Below, piece after piece: positions 52,769-64,000 of a stretch of 64,000 nt of DNA. The position numbers were made by a program, and so were the translations under genes. Numbering within the stretch: position 1 is the first letter of the stretch; each line of letters starts with the position of its first letter. The stretch is from Oculina patagonica. Taxonomy: Eukaryota. The DNA is taken from the NCBI RefSeq assembly GCF_052425735.1, contig NC_135769.1, positions 11,966,001 to 12,030,000 on the forward strand. Direction: 5' to 3'. The notes below the pieces were generated by a model that worked only from the letters and a program-made list of their open reading frames with translations, searched no databases and had not been told where the DNA came from.

Positions 52769-53799
52769 CGCAACAGACTGTCGATTGTAAAATGATAATG
52801 AACACACCCCGTTGTCAAGCCTTTGCTATGTTTATATCCGAGAAACAGAATACTAGAATTTGAATAAAATTCTATTTTCAGCAGCCAATCATGCATGTGC
52901 TTTGTTTTTCGGAATCACAAACAGTATAATAGCGTAGATTGCCCTCTTACCTTGGAGCGGAAGTTTGACAAGTTTGCTAAACATTCCGAGGCGTATTGTA
53001 TAAATGAGCCATATACTAGTTGTTAGGAGAGTACGTTCGACATGTGACAGATACCACCAGGGAAATGAAAGTCGGACAGTGGCTAAAGACCAAGATTGTC
53101 AGCGCACTATGCTTTATGACTCACTAGGAATGAAGAGGATAGGAAGAGTAAGAGAGGTATAGTTTGTCGTGGTGAAAAGATTGCGTGACGAACCACTGCA
53201 CAGATAATATGATTCAATTTGACAGTATAAATCGAATGGTAATTTGTCTTTTATTGGAAGGGTTTCAATAAACTGCGAAAAAAAATCATGTAGACTGTAG
53301 CAGTCCTTAATATGTTTTTAGCAGAATTTATCGTTGCGTGCATTCTATCTTATCGTAATTTGATTTTCCTGAACAAGCCATTCAAACGATAAAATCTGAG
53401 TATCTGACGAAACCATCAGTGTCCGGCGCATCCGAAGAAACGTTCGGTAAACGAATCCAATCGAACACCTATCGTTCGATTCCGTTCGGTAATCGAACTC
53501 ACAAAACGTGGTCAACCAAACAAGAACCATTACGGAACAGCAAAAGCCCATTGGCATCAGAATAACTAAAACAAAATGAAATTGTTCCTTGCACATCCCC
53601 AAAGCATAAACAAAGTCACAAATACATCATTCCCATCACTCTAAGCAGAAAGAGAATTATGTACACGAAAAATAATGATTTATTTCACCTGAATTGTGTT
53701 CGTTTGGAACTAAACTACTTCTAAATCTCCACAAAGATCAAAAAATACTTTCAATTCTATTTGAAATTCCAGCATTATCACTGGGTCACTATAAATATA

Positions 53800-53879
53800 C
53801 ACTCTTTTTATTTTATAAGAATCTAGTTTATAAGAATATCGAGGCTGAAATTTGCGAATTTTTAAGAATATTTTAAGAA

Positions 53880-53912
<33 letters not shown>

Positions 53913-54219
53913 GTTTTTAGTTGAAACAAAATCAGGTATTTTTATTTCCGTCACTTTATCTCTGTGAGGAATGCTTTGTTTAAAGTCAAAACGGCCAGGC
54001 TGCAACGAAAAGCAATGGTACATATGCACAATGTAACACGATACAGAACTGGACACCGAACACTTGTAATTGATTACCCAAGCCAATACTTGCTAAAACG
54101 GAAATGTCAAACGGTATTTTCTAAGAATGTTCATAAGAATATTTTCAGCCTAAAATCGGCAGAAAAATACGAATATTCAGCCTGGGTCGGAAAAACTGTA
54201 TTCTTATAAAAAAAGAGTG
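53800..54219. mobile_element. TA-flanked MITE
   Basis: ta|cactcttttt.ttttataagaat ... attcttataaaaaaagagtg|ta; absent at the paralogous site near 50415. Confidence 0.85.
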
Positions 54220-55230
54220 TAAAGCCAGTAAATCTAGCCAAGAATATGGCTATCGTTCTTATACTTGATGGTGCTTGCTTGCTGATAGAACTCAGTTACT
54301 TTTCAGTTTTGACTGAGGCCTGATAAAGTTCTTTTATTACGTTTTCATTTTCCAGTTATTTTAGGATGTAAATCTTTTTCTTTTCCGAGTCTGAAACCAA
54401 AATGCGACCATCTGTTGTTGTAACTATCGCTCTCGGTTTTCCTATCTTAGAAACAGTTTTGCCAGTAAAACAACCTTCTAATGTAAACTGTTGAATGCGA
54501 TAATTGTATAAGTCGCACACAAGAAGATTCTGATGATCGCCACATTTCTCAACACACAAACCCCAAGGAGAGGACAACTGTCCGTCAGCCTCGCCTGCTT
54601 CTCCAAACTTGTACAAAAACGTCCCTGAAATGTCAAAGACTTTCAAACAATGGTTGTCTGTATCACATACAATGAACATGTTTTTGTAATAAATGCATCC
54701 AGCGGGTTCGTCGAGCTTTCCTACGCCGCTATCTCCAAATTTAAACACAGGTTTGCCATCCTTTGTTAAAACCTGGATTCTGTTGTCCCCGCAATCGGCT
54801 ACAACAACATGTCCTTTACCATCCATACAAACACTTAATGGATTCTTAAACTCGCCCTCTCCTGTGCCGTGCTTTCCAAAGCTCTTCACAAAGTTCCCTG
54901 TTTGTACATTGAATTGTTGAATGCGGCGATTCATTTCATCTGCCACCAGAATCTCGTCATCATTCAGGTATGTGACACCATATGGATTGTTAAACTGTCC
55001 AGGATTCTTTCCATAGCAGCCAAGTTTTCGCTCAAACTTGCCTTCCTTGTCAAATGTTAGGACACAGTTCTGTTCACAGTCGGCCACAGCGATCAGCCCT
55101 TTACTGTTAACAGCAATCCCACGTGGATTTTGAGAAATTTCTCCTTTTAAATCTAACTCACCCACAATATCAAGCCGTCGTTCCTTCACCTGAACAGTGA
55201 AAGGACTGTTAGCAAGTTTGTCGCCATTTA

Positions 55231-57110
55231 TTGCCAACGAGACAGCCGAGCCAAGAGGTGAGGCTGTCGAGGCGGCAGAATCATAGAGCCATGTGCGTAT
55301 GAGTGTATAGGCAGAGAAAATCTTACGTTCTGCGTAAGGGACTTTTTTTTACCATATTTGGGTGTAAGTAAACCCCATATTTGGGTTGTATTGTTCTCAC
55401 CAACTGGTTTCCAGTCTCTCACTCCTTGCTAGAGAGCAAATGACCAAAATGGCGTCCACGCGGCTCGCTGTTAAAATTTTTAATGTGGCCATTCATCCCT
55501 TTACCGATAAATACACCTTTAGGGAACTATAAATCGAAAGAGAATACCCTACAGAATATTCGACCGCCAAAAACATAAACATCAAGGTCTTCAAAGCGAT
55601 GAAATAATCTTTCGACTTTGGAGTCCTTTAACTAGTTTACGATCGAAGAGAGAGACATGAAAATCAAAACGGACTGTTGACTTCAAATAGAGTTTTCTTG
55701 ACTTATGAGAATGCTGAAGTCGGGTAAATGCTTCCTTTTAGTGTTGATTGTGTTTATAGTAATTTTTGACCGATGATTTATTCCAAATCAAATACCGTTT
55801 ATATTTTATTTGGCACGCATTTTCGCTCCGCGTAGGAATAACATCAATTCAAAGCGACTCTCACTAAAATTACTGCATGTCATATACACAAGGAAGTCAA
55901 AAGTTGTTTGCTTCTAACGGCAAATGTAATGATAACTTGAATAAAAATTTTGTCTCCAAATAATCCTTGACCGTTCAAGTTAGCGTAGCAGACATCTGTG
56001 TACGTTTTTTAGTGTGTTTAAAAGAGTGCGCGATCGCGAGAATACGCGCGCTGGAAACCACAGGTAGCCCAAGCTCCTAAAGGAGCCGTCAACATATAGA
56101 CCACATACGACATTGCGTAATAACGTTATTATAAGGGTTTGTATGGGAATATAACGATCGTAAAAAATAATTCAAAATAGAGGAAAAATATCCAATAAAA
56201 TTCACTTAACTATCCTCTTCTGTCTGTATCTTGTGTTTCTATGCCGTTTGGAGGCGATTTGAAGCCATTTCAGTGGGTTTTAGGTTCGCTGGTTTCCTAT
56301 CATTTAAGGGTTTGTATGGGAATATAACGATCGTAAAAAATAATTCAAAATAAAGGGAAAAATATCCGATAAAATCGACTTACCTATCCTCTTCTATGCA
56401 AATCTTTTGTTTCTATGCCGTTTGGGGGCGTTTTGAAGCGATTCCAGTGGGTTTTAGGTTCGCTGGTTTCCTCTCTATATAGGAATTATATATAGAGAGG
56501 AAACCAGCGAACCTAAAACCCACTGGAATCGCTTCAAAACGCCCCCAAACGGCATAGAAACAAAAGATTTACATAGAAGAGGATAGGTAAGTCGATTTTG
56601 TCGGATATTTTCCCTTTATTTTGAATTATTTTTTTACGATCGTTATGTTCCCATACAAACCCTTAAATGATAGGAAACCAGCGAACCTAAAACCCACTGA
56701 AATGGCTTCAAATCGCCTCCAAACGGCATAGAAACACAAGATATAGACAGAAGAGGATAGTTAAGTGAATTTTATTGGATACTTTTCCTCTATTTTGAAT
56801 TATTTTTTACGATCGTTATATTCCCATACAAACCCTTATAATAACGCTATTACGCAATGTCGTATGTGGTCTATATGTTGACGGCTCCTTTAGGAGCTTG
56901 GGCTACCTGTGTGGAAACTACGGCGCCTGCTACGCAGGCTAACAAGCCTGTGTCATTTATGAACACCAGAGAAATAGCCCTTTTATTGCATACAATTTAC
57001 CATAACAGTGGTCATTTCAAATATAGTTCTATCAAAAATCATTCAATATCTGTTCTTATGAACAAACATGAGTATTTCGCTCGTTGGCACTTACCGATAG
57101 GTACAACTAG
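55231..57110 (+). mobile_element. Non-autonomous Helitron-like element
   Basis: Inserted at A|T with no TSD (empty site ccattta|tctttactg in copy 1); ends CTAG; asymmetric inverted repeat tgccaacgag (55232) / ctcgttggca (57080). Confidence 0.75.
56059..56911. mobile_element. 853-bp foldback element with a 7-bp TSD
   Basis: Arms 56059-56481 and 56489-56911 are near-perfect reverse complements; TSD tggaaac; termini CACAGG...CCTGTG; 173-bp tandem unit inside each arm. Confidence 0.92.
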
Positions 57111-58250
57111 TCTTTACTGTAATGTTGTAGGTGCCTGGTACTTTTGGGACAAATTTCACTTGGAAATTTCCATCTTCTTTTTCACAAACAATCAAACTGT
57201 CCATTTTTTCGGCGGGTTCCACGAGCACTGCAACGAGAAATTTATGTTGAGCTTCACTCGTCAGTTCTTCTTCAGACAGTTTAGGACAGACCACAAACTC
57301 GGTTTCTACTCCAGCTTGAGAATCCTGAGTCAGCCCTTCTAACGTGGATCGATGTACATCTGTTTCGCTGGTTGCCATGAAACCCAGGCCTAAACTCTCA
57401 GGTGCAATAGTCGAGACAAACTTCACAAATGAACTAACCGGAAGTGCTGGGAATGGGGTCTTGTTAAGATCTTTAAATCGCTGTTCCAAATTCTTGTTGC
57501 TTTGCATAATGTCCAGGCTTGAGCTTCCTTGAACTAGGTTATTAGCAAACTGAATGGCTTGGTCGATTTGCTTGGTGGAGGACTTTACTTGTTTCTTGGC
57601 ACAGTCTAATTTCTCCGTTCTCGATCCGTGTGTATTCTTGAGGGCGGTAATGGCCTCCTGCTCGCGTTCTCGAATCTTGGCGATCATTTTTTCGGCTGCT
57701 TCGGAAACTTCACGTATAGCGATGTTGACATTAGCTTCCAGCTTTGAAGCTGTTTCTTCCAGTTGGCGCATCACATCACTGTAAATTTTTCTTTTTTCTT
57801 TCATCAACTCGACGCCCGCCATGATGTTGGCTTTCTCGCAATCGGCTGCTTTTTCAAGTGGATCAACTTTGTGATTCTTATGATCTGTGTTTATGCAAAT
57901 TTGACAAACACAAGATTGACATTCAAGGCAGTAAAACTTTGTTACCTCTCTCTCGTGGTACTGCTGAGAGCAAAAGGACTTTCGCTTTAACAAGGCCTCG
58001 TAGTCTTGGGCTTGAAATTGTTTAACTGGCGTGACTTTGTGTCCTTCAAACGCCGCGGCAGCAGCTTGGAACGCGTCGTGTGCGTTTACGCAGCCAGGGC
58101 ACAACAACTTTTCGCAATCAAAGCAATAGCTGATCTCAGCAGCGCTCTTTTTCTTACAAATACCACAGTTGATCTCGCTTCCATCGCCGCTTTGTCGAAC
58201 GACGAGAAGACTCATCAAACTATTGTGCAGAAAACTGGTCGGCAAATTAT

Positions 58251-58655
58251 CAGGGGCACCCAACGAGAAAATTTTACTATAGGTGTCGGAACACCGTTTC
58301 TACGTTTTAAGTGACCTTTTTGTGCGTATAAAGCCTTTATTTTAAACACTAAGAAAAGTGCATCTTTTCGGATTCGCTAGCTGAACTGTCAAACTTCAGA
58401 AAATTTTAGGGAACGAAATAGTATAACCCGAATTTACGAGCTGCTGTTGTCTTCTCGAAAATCGTAGCTGGCCTTTTTTCGTGCCCAAAACGACATTTTT
58501 CTCCCTCCGAAAACTGCAGGCATTACTTTCCCCATGTCACGAAAGTTTGAGACAAGAAATCTCCAGTTTTTTCAACACACTTTTATTCGAAAATCGCAGT
58601 CGATTATAGGTCTTCCGAACAGATATTCACCGAAACAGTCGATTGGGTGCCCCTG
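58251..58655. mobile_element. hAT-like MITE with a 6-bp TSD
   Basis: caggggcacccaa ... ttgggtgcccctg; aattat duplicated; empty site present in copy 1. Confidence 0.9.
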
Positions 58656-58797
58656 AATTATCAAAACGATTTCCTTCAGGGATGCCAAGTTGCCAACCTC
58701 TTCCTGACAGTCAGGGCAACGATATTTTCCTTGTCTTTGGCTGGTTAATGCGTGTTTCTTTAAGCATTCAAGGCAGAAGGTATGAAGACAAGTTATT

Positions 58798-60329
58798 TCG
58801 TCCCGTGTCATTGACAAGTATTGTTGTTAGGACATTGGAACGCTTAATCCACAAACACATTATGGCCTTTCTCACTGACCAAAGTCTATTATGCGACAAC
58901 CAACATGGATTTAGGAAGTTTCGCTCTTGTCTCACGCAGTTGATACAATTATTACATCATTGGTTTTCAACATTGGACAAACATGGAGCAGTAGATGTTA
59001 TGTTTCTAGATTTTTCAAAGGCGTTCGACAAAGTTTCTCACCAACATCTCTTTTCAAAACTGAATACCTATGGAATTAAAGGCCAGTTACTTGATTGGAT
59101 TAAGAATCTTCTAGTTGGAAGAAAGCAGAGAGTGGTTATTGAAAGTCATGCATCTAATTGGCTAGAAGTTACATCGGGGGTGCCCCAAGGGAGTATTCTG
59201 GGACCACTTTTATTCCTGATTTACATCAATGATATTCCTTCTAGTGTTTCCAGCTGTAACGTGGATCTCTTTGCGGACGATAGTGTTCTCCATCGGCAGA
59301 TATCGTCTTTAGAGGATTGTCAACTCTTTCAGAGTGATCTGGTTTCAATAAGGCAATGGTGCGATGCTTCACAAATTCAGCTCAATGAAGAGAAATGTCG
59401 TGTACTTCACGTTACAAGACAGAAACATCCTCTCAATCAAGACTACAGCTTGGGTAGTAAGAAGTTAGAAGTTGTCAATTATCACAAGCACCTTGGAGTC
59501 ACTATCTCTGAAACATTATCATGGGATTTCCACATCAACTCCATCTGTGCCAAAGCAAGGCGTGTAATGGGATTGATTCGAAGAGCATTTGGATTTAAGT
59601 CTCCAGCGGCGGTTAAAGTGGCTTTTAAAACCCTAGTTAGACCATTACTGGAATACTGCTGTCCTGTGTGGAATCCTTACCTGGTCAGTCATGTCAAATC
59701 AATTGAAGCAATCCAACGAAGAGCGACAAAATTAATATGCGGATCAGACTTATCATATGAACAAAGACTTGATAAACTTAAGTGGCCCACACTGGAACTA
59801 AGAAGAAAGTTTCTTTCTTTGGTGCAAGTGTATAAGATAATATTCGGACTTTGTGACATCGACGCTGCTAAGTACTTTGACATAGTAGGCGAATCTCGTA
59901 CTAGATCCAATCACAAGCTCAAATTAAGACCAAACTATGCTCGCACTAATTACTTTAAGTTTTCTTTTTTTAATAGATACATAAACGACTGGAATTCGTT
60001 GCCGAGTGATGTCCTCGAGGCGCAATCATTGAGCTCATTTAAGAAAAAGCTGTTAAGCCATTTAATGTTTTAGCAATATGAACATATAACTTATCTTAGT
60101 ATGATAAATTGTTATTAGCGTAATTCTTTTTTTTTTTAATTTTATTCATTAGAAAATTTATTTGTAAATTTTTAGCTTTATCTAGGATAACAGCTTTTAC
60201 ATGGGAATTCAGTTTCCCCCTGCTGTTATCCTCCCACTATTTTTTTTATTATTATTATATATTTTATCTTTTTTGTTGTAAATATTTTTTGTAATGTTGG
60301 GAAATCTAATAAATAAATAAATAAATAAA
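58798..60329 (+). mobile_element. 5'-truncated CR1-group LINE (RT C-terminal part, open to the stop at 60073)
   Basis: RPVSLTS, QHGFR, LDFSKAFDKV, GVPQGSILGP, LFADD; 3' UTR stem ggataacagc/gctgttatcc; (taaa)n tail; TTATT duplication; inserted in the RING coding region. Confidence 0.92.
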
Positions 60330-61581
60330 TTATTGTCTTGGGTTTGGTGTATGTATCCAAACAGATCGAGCAAGTTACCTGCTTTTTGAGGTTTTTCAAA
60401 AGAGACTCCATCGCAGCAGACTGTCGATTGCAAAATGATAATGAACACACCCGTTGTCAAGCCTTGGCTGCTTGCTATGCATGTCAATGATTCCGAGAAA
60501 CAGAATAGTAGAATAACAACATTCTATTTTCAGCAGCCAATCATGTGCTTTGTAGCTGTCTTCTGTTTCTCGGAATCACAAACAGTATAATAGCCCAGAC
60601 TGCCCTCTAACCCTGGAGCGGAAGTTTGACAAGTTTGCTCAACATTCAGAACATTCCGAGGCGTACTTAATAAATAGGCTATAAATGACTAGTTCAGAGG
60701 GTTTATTTGTTTTGTATTTTGGGCTTGTACGTAGCATCGGTTTACCACATTGGTTTTAGAGTAAAACGTGTATAGAACAACAGCATTTTTAAACCAGCAG
60801 AACATAACATGGTATTAGCTTGCGTTGCAGCCACGCAGGGACATGTCACAACAATTTGTAGCAGCAACAAAATCATGTGTTGTTCACACTGAGGGGACAT
60901 GTAGCAGGGACGTGTAGCGGGGACATGTAGCAGCAACAAAATCAAAATGTGTACTCACACAAATAAGGGTCGGGACACACTTGGCGACAAGTCGCAGCGA
61001 CAGGTCTCTGTGACAAGTTGCTCCGTGTGTACTGATTCAAAACAAGCCGCTGCAATAAGGCGCTTGACACACAGCGCGCGAATTTGGAAGAGTGGGAATG
61101 TGAACTTGTTTTCCAATTTAATATGGCAAAAGTACATGACGCTCTGTCCTCTCCGTACACCTGTGAGTCTAAACATTTTTGTGAGGCAAAATCTCCTTGT
61201 GGAAGCTCAGGCTGAGCGTACATGTATAATGTCTCCTTTGCCTCCCTCCCCTACGGAAAAAAGTATCGTCGCCCTGACAACCATCGCCCAATCATAGCGT
61301 GAGGCTGCACGTGAAGGGCAAGGTTAATTACAAATGCGTCCACTCTCTTGCTCTGGTTCAAGGTGTTGGAGAAAGCTAAAAGTTTGCAGACCATGGTTAT
61401 TTTCCCCGTATTCTTAAATCGCGGAGAGAGGCAGGCGAATCAAAAATTTTCTGCAGTAAAAGAATGGTCTTCGAACTATGCCCATGCGAAGTTTTGGAGT
61501 GAGTAGATCAAATTTAAAAGCAATTTTGTCGAACAGTGGTGTTTATCTAGCGTCGGAAGTGTTCACCCTTATAGTCCTGAA

Positions 61582-61742
61582 TAGCCTGCGAGCAGGCTCT
61601 CTATTCGGGGGCAACGTGAATATTGAACTGCTCGAGCTTCGCTCGCCGACTCGCGCCTTCGGCACTCGCGGGATCGCGCCTTCGGCGCTCGAAGAGTTCA
61701 ATATTCACGTCGCCCCCAAATAGAGAGCCTGCTCGCAGGCTA
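61582..61742. mobile_element. Palindromic TAG...CTA MITE with a 9-bp TSD (Academ-like)
   Basis: tagcctgcgagcaggctctctatt... / ...aatagagagcctgctcgcaggcta; agtcctgaa duplicated. Confidence 0.9.
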
Positions 61743-62567
61743 AGTCCTGAAATGTGCGATTTTTGATACAAGCACCAAACTTTGCAGGATTACAAGCATT
61801 CATATACTAAGCAACTCTCGATATAGTGCCAACGCCAATTTCTTATTTTTAGCTTGTAAACAGCAATGAAATTTTCAGCCAAGAGGCCCCTCCCCCACGA
61901 AGTACCTCTTCTTGCGCTTTTATACACCTTTTATTGTAGATTTTGTTTCAAAACCGACAGATATGAATGCTTAAAAGGCTTACAATTGTTATGTTTTTAC
62001 CATCTTTTTTGTGCTTCGGCGCTTAAAATGCCTCTTAAAATATAAAAGAAACCCCCTCAACAGAATCCACCCAGTCCCTATGGGCCTCAATTCCAGTGTT
62101 TTTGAGATTACTATTACAATTCTACAGTATGCCACAGAAGAGCTATGGAAAAACGTTCCCATGTAAAACAAACTAATTTGTTAAAATATCTTGTTGTGGA
62201 TTATTGAGATATTTGGAGCAGCCTTTAGTTCTAATCTCGACAGTGTCAAGATTTACGAATTAACAAAAACTGAAGGCTTGTGGACTATACTTTTTTTAGT
62301 TCAGAATATTTCTAAAGATAGGAAGACTACTCTAATATTTATCTTGTTATATGACTATTATAATAAAAAGTCCAACCATGTGTAAATTTTTATTTGCCTT
62401 TATGAACAAACTAAAGAGATTGAAAAAACTGCTTTGCTTCAGCAGTCAGGACAAGTACAGTGAAACAGTTGATTATCAACTTGCAGTAGATACTGGTAGT
62501 TGCCATACTCAGTTTGTAGCTATCTTGCTGTTGAATACGGCCCTATTGCCCAGTTGGGGAAAGGAGT

Positions 62568-62622
<55 letters not shown>
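62568..62622. repeat. (GAT)n microsatellite
   Basis: Direct reading; it explains the poly-Met ORF. Confidence 0.95.
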
Positions 62623-63018
62623 CTGCATGAAGCTTCATGCAGATTTTCACTCTGATGATGATCAAATAGATCAAAAACGTTTAGTCATAGTTTTTAACTG
62701 CTTTTAACCTTAATTTTTTAATACAGTTTTATCGGCGAAATGTACATAAATGATTTTAATTAAAAACAAGTTTAACTGCACATTTTTGTTTGTGCTAAAA
62801 CTAATGAAATAAACAGCAACAAGTTAAAAAAAAATAATAAATCCAATTGATGAAAGTAGTGTTTCAATTGAGACAATTAATTATACTATTCTGCCACTAA
62901 TTAACAATGCTGTGCACACCAATAATTATATTCAGAATACTAGCATAATTTATTTACAACATTCTCAACTTGACTGCAATGATTATAATTACTAGTGCTA
63001 GTGCTTGGATGTTCAATT

Positions 63019-63629
63019 CTAACAACAACCGGCTGCTTCATCTTTCTTTCTCTTTGGTTTTTGTTCTACAAAATCAGGCATGTACTTTTTCAGCACAGTG
63101 TCAAAATACACTTCTAGGTTGCGCCCCATTATTCCATGTTCAGATGTGGCCTATGAAATGAAATAGAATGCATAAAAATATTAAATTGTGCATGTTGAGG
63201 TTTAATTTTACCCCGCTTGTAGAGACCTTATTTTTTAAACCATAATAAGAACATAACAATAAACATTACAGCAAGGCGGCCAAAAGTGTGACCACTTTTA
63301 ATTTATTCACATTCTTTCGTGCAGATTTAATCCAATCAAATGCCGTGGATAGCTTGCAGTTGACTTCTGATTGGATTAAATCTGCACGAAAGAGTGTGAA
63401 TAAATTAAAAGTGGTCACACTTTTGGGCGCCTTGCTGTAAGATAACTTTTATACTATTGTAACAGTGCATACTCACTTCATTATATGTTGCGCAGTTATC
63501 AAATATAAGACGGCAGTCACTAGCAAACTCGCTAAAGGTTTGGTAGTGTGAAAGGTTCTGTCTTTGAAGCTTGGCACGAACATTTGATAAATTCATGGGA
63601 TGTTTGATGACTTTGTAGTAATCAGGAGC
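63019..63629 (-). CDS. Last two exons (63477-63629, 63019-63150) of a bromodomain protein, TIF1/TRIM24-33-66-like; gene continues beyond the window
   Basis: APDYYKVIKHPMNLSNVRAKLQ...HYQTFSEFASDCRLIFDNCATYNE|ATSEHGIMGRNLEVYF; GT-AG, phase 0. Confidence 0.82.
63267..63440. mobile_element. Palindromic MITE in the bromodomain gene intron
   Basis: ttacagcaaggcg...aatccaatca arm and its reverse complement. Confidence 0.85.
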
Positions 63630-64000
63630 CTATTAGAAAGACAATGAATGTTGTTTTAGATTTATTCATAAAAATGCACACAGCATTTTATAAATTTTGA
63701 ACATATACATGTTATCCATGGTCTGATTGGTTGTGCAATTGCTTTGTATGAGACCATGTCGACACAGCAATGATACACCATAGTTGCATGCACAGAAAAA
63801 AAATAACCACTTTAAAAGCGTGATATAAACACAACAGAAAATTAAGGAGAAGTGAAACTCCAGCTCATGTTTACTTTAGTTTTGAAATTTTCCCAAACTG
63901 TTTCATGTGTTTACTACCCTGGGTACGAGATGAGATCACATTGAACTCCGCATCGTGAATCTTCCATTTGCACATAACCACAATTCCTTGCGCCTTTGAT

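Larger units (their letters stand above)
54356..60411 (-). pseudogene. Intronless TRIM-NHL copy 2, interrupted by three insertions and an 8-bp frameshift
   Basis: Pieces about 60330-60411, 58656-58797, 57111-58250 and 54356-55230 are collinear with copy 1. Confidence 0.9.

Noticed and set aside
58643-58797. N-terminus of the 476-aa RT ORF as a real fusion protein
   Set aside because: Chance open frame through the MITE end and antisense TRIM sequence; LINE homology starts at about 58798.
62351-62707. Poly-Met ORF
   Set aside because: Translation of a (GAT)n microsatellite.

Overview
Eukaryotic (animal) genomic DNA, most likely from a cnidarian such as a stony coral; this is inferred from the gene and repeat content. 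Positions 1-26 kb are dominated by three different BEL/Pao LTR retrotransposons. Element A (minus, 1302-16399, TSD GTCAG) is decayed. Element B (plus, 4443-10878) is younger and nested in A's integrase. Element C (minus, 19750 to the assembly gap) is nearly intact, sits in an intron of an ammonium transporter gene, and carries a SAP motif ahead of Gag. After a 500-N gap come a complete 11-exon cycle/BMAL1 bHLH-PAS clock gene (minus, 636 aa), a two-exon K2P potassium channel, two tandem intronless TRIM-NHL genes, and the last two exons of a TIF1-like bromodomain gene. Both TRIM-NHL copies are disrupted; the second is split by a Helitron-like element, a MITE and a 5'-truncated LINE, and the Helitron-like element contains an 853-bp near-perfect foldback with a 7-bp TSD. 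Many MITEs with TA, 5-, 6- and 9-bp TSDs are present. No CRISPR array, rRNA or bona fide tRNA gene was seen. All coordinates were read by eye; no database searches were run.
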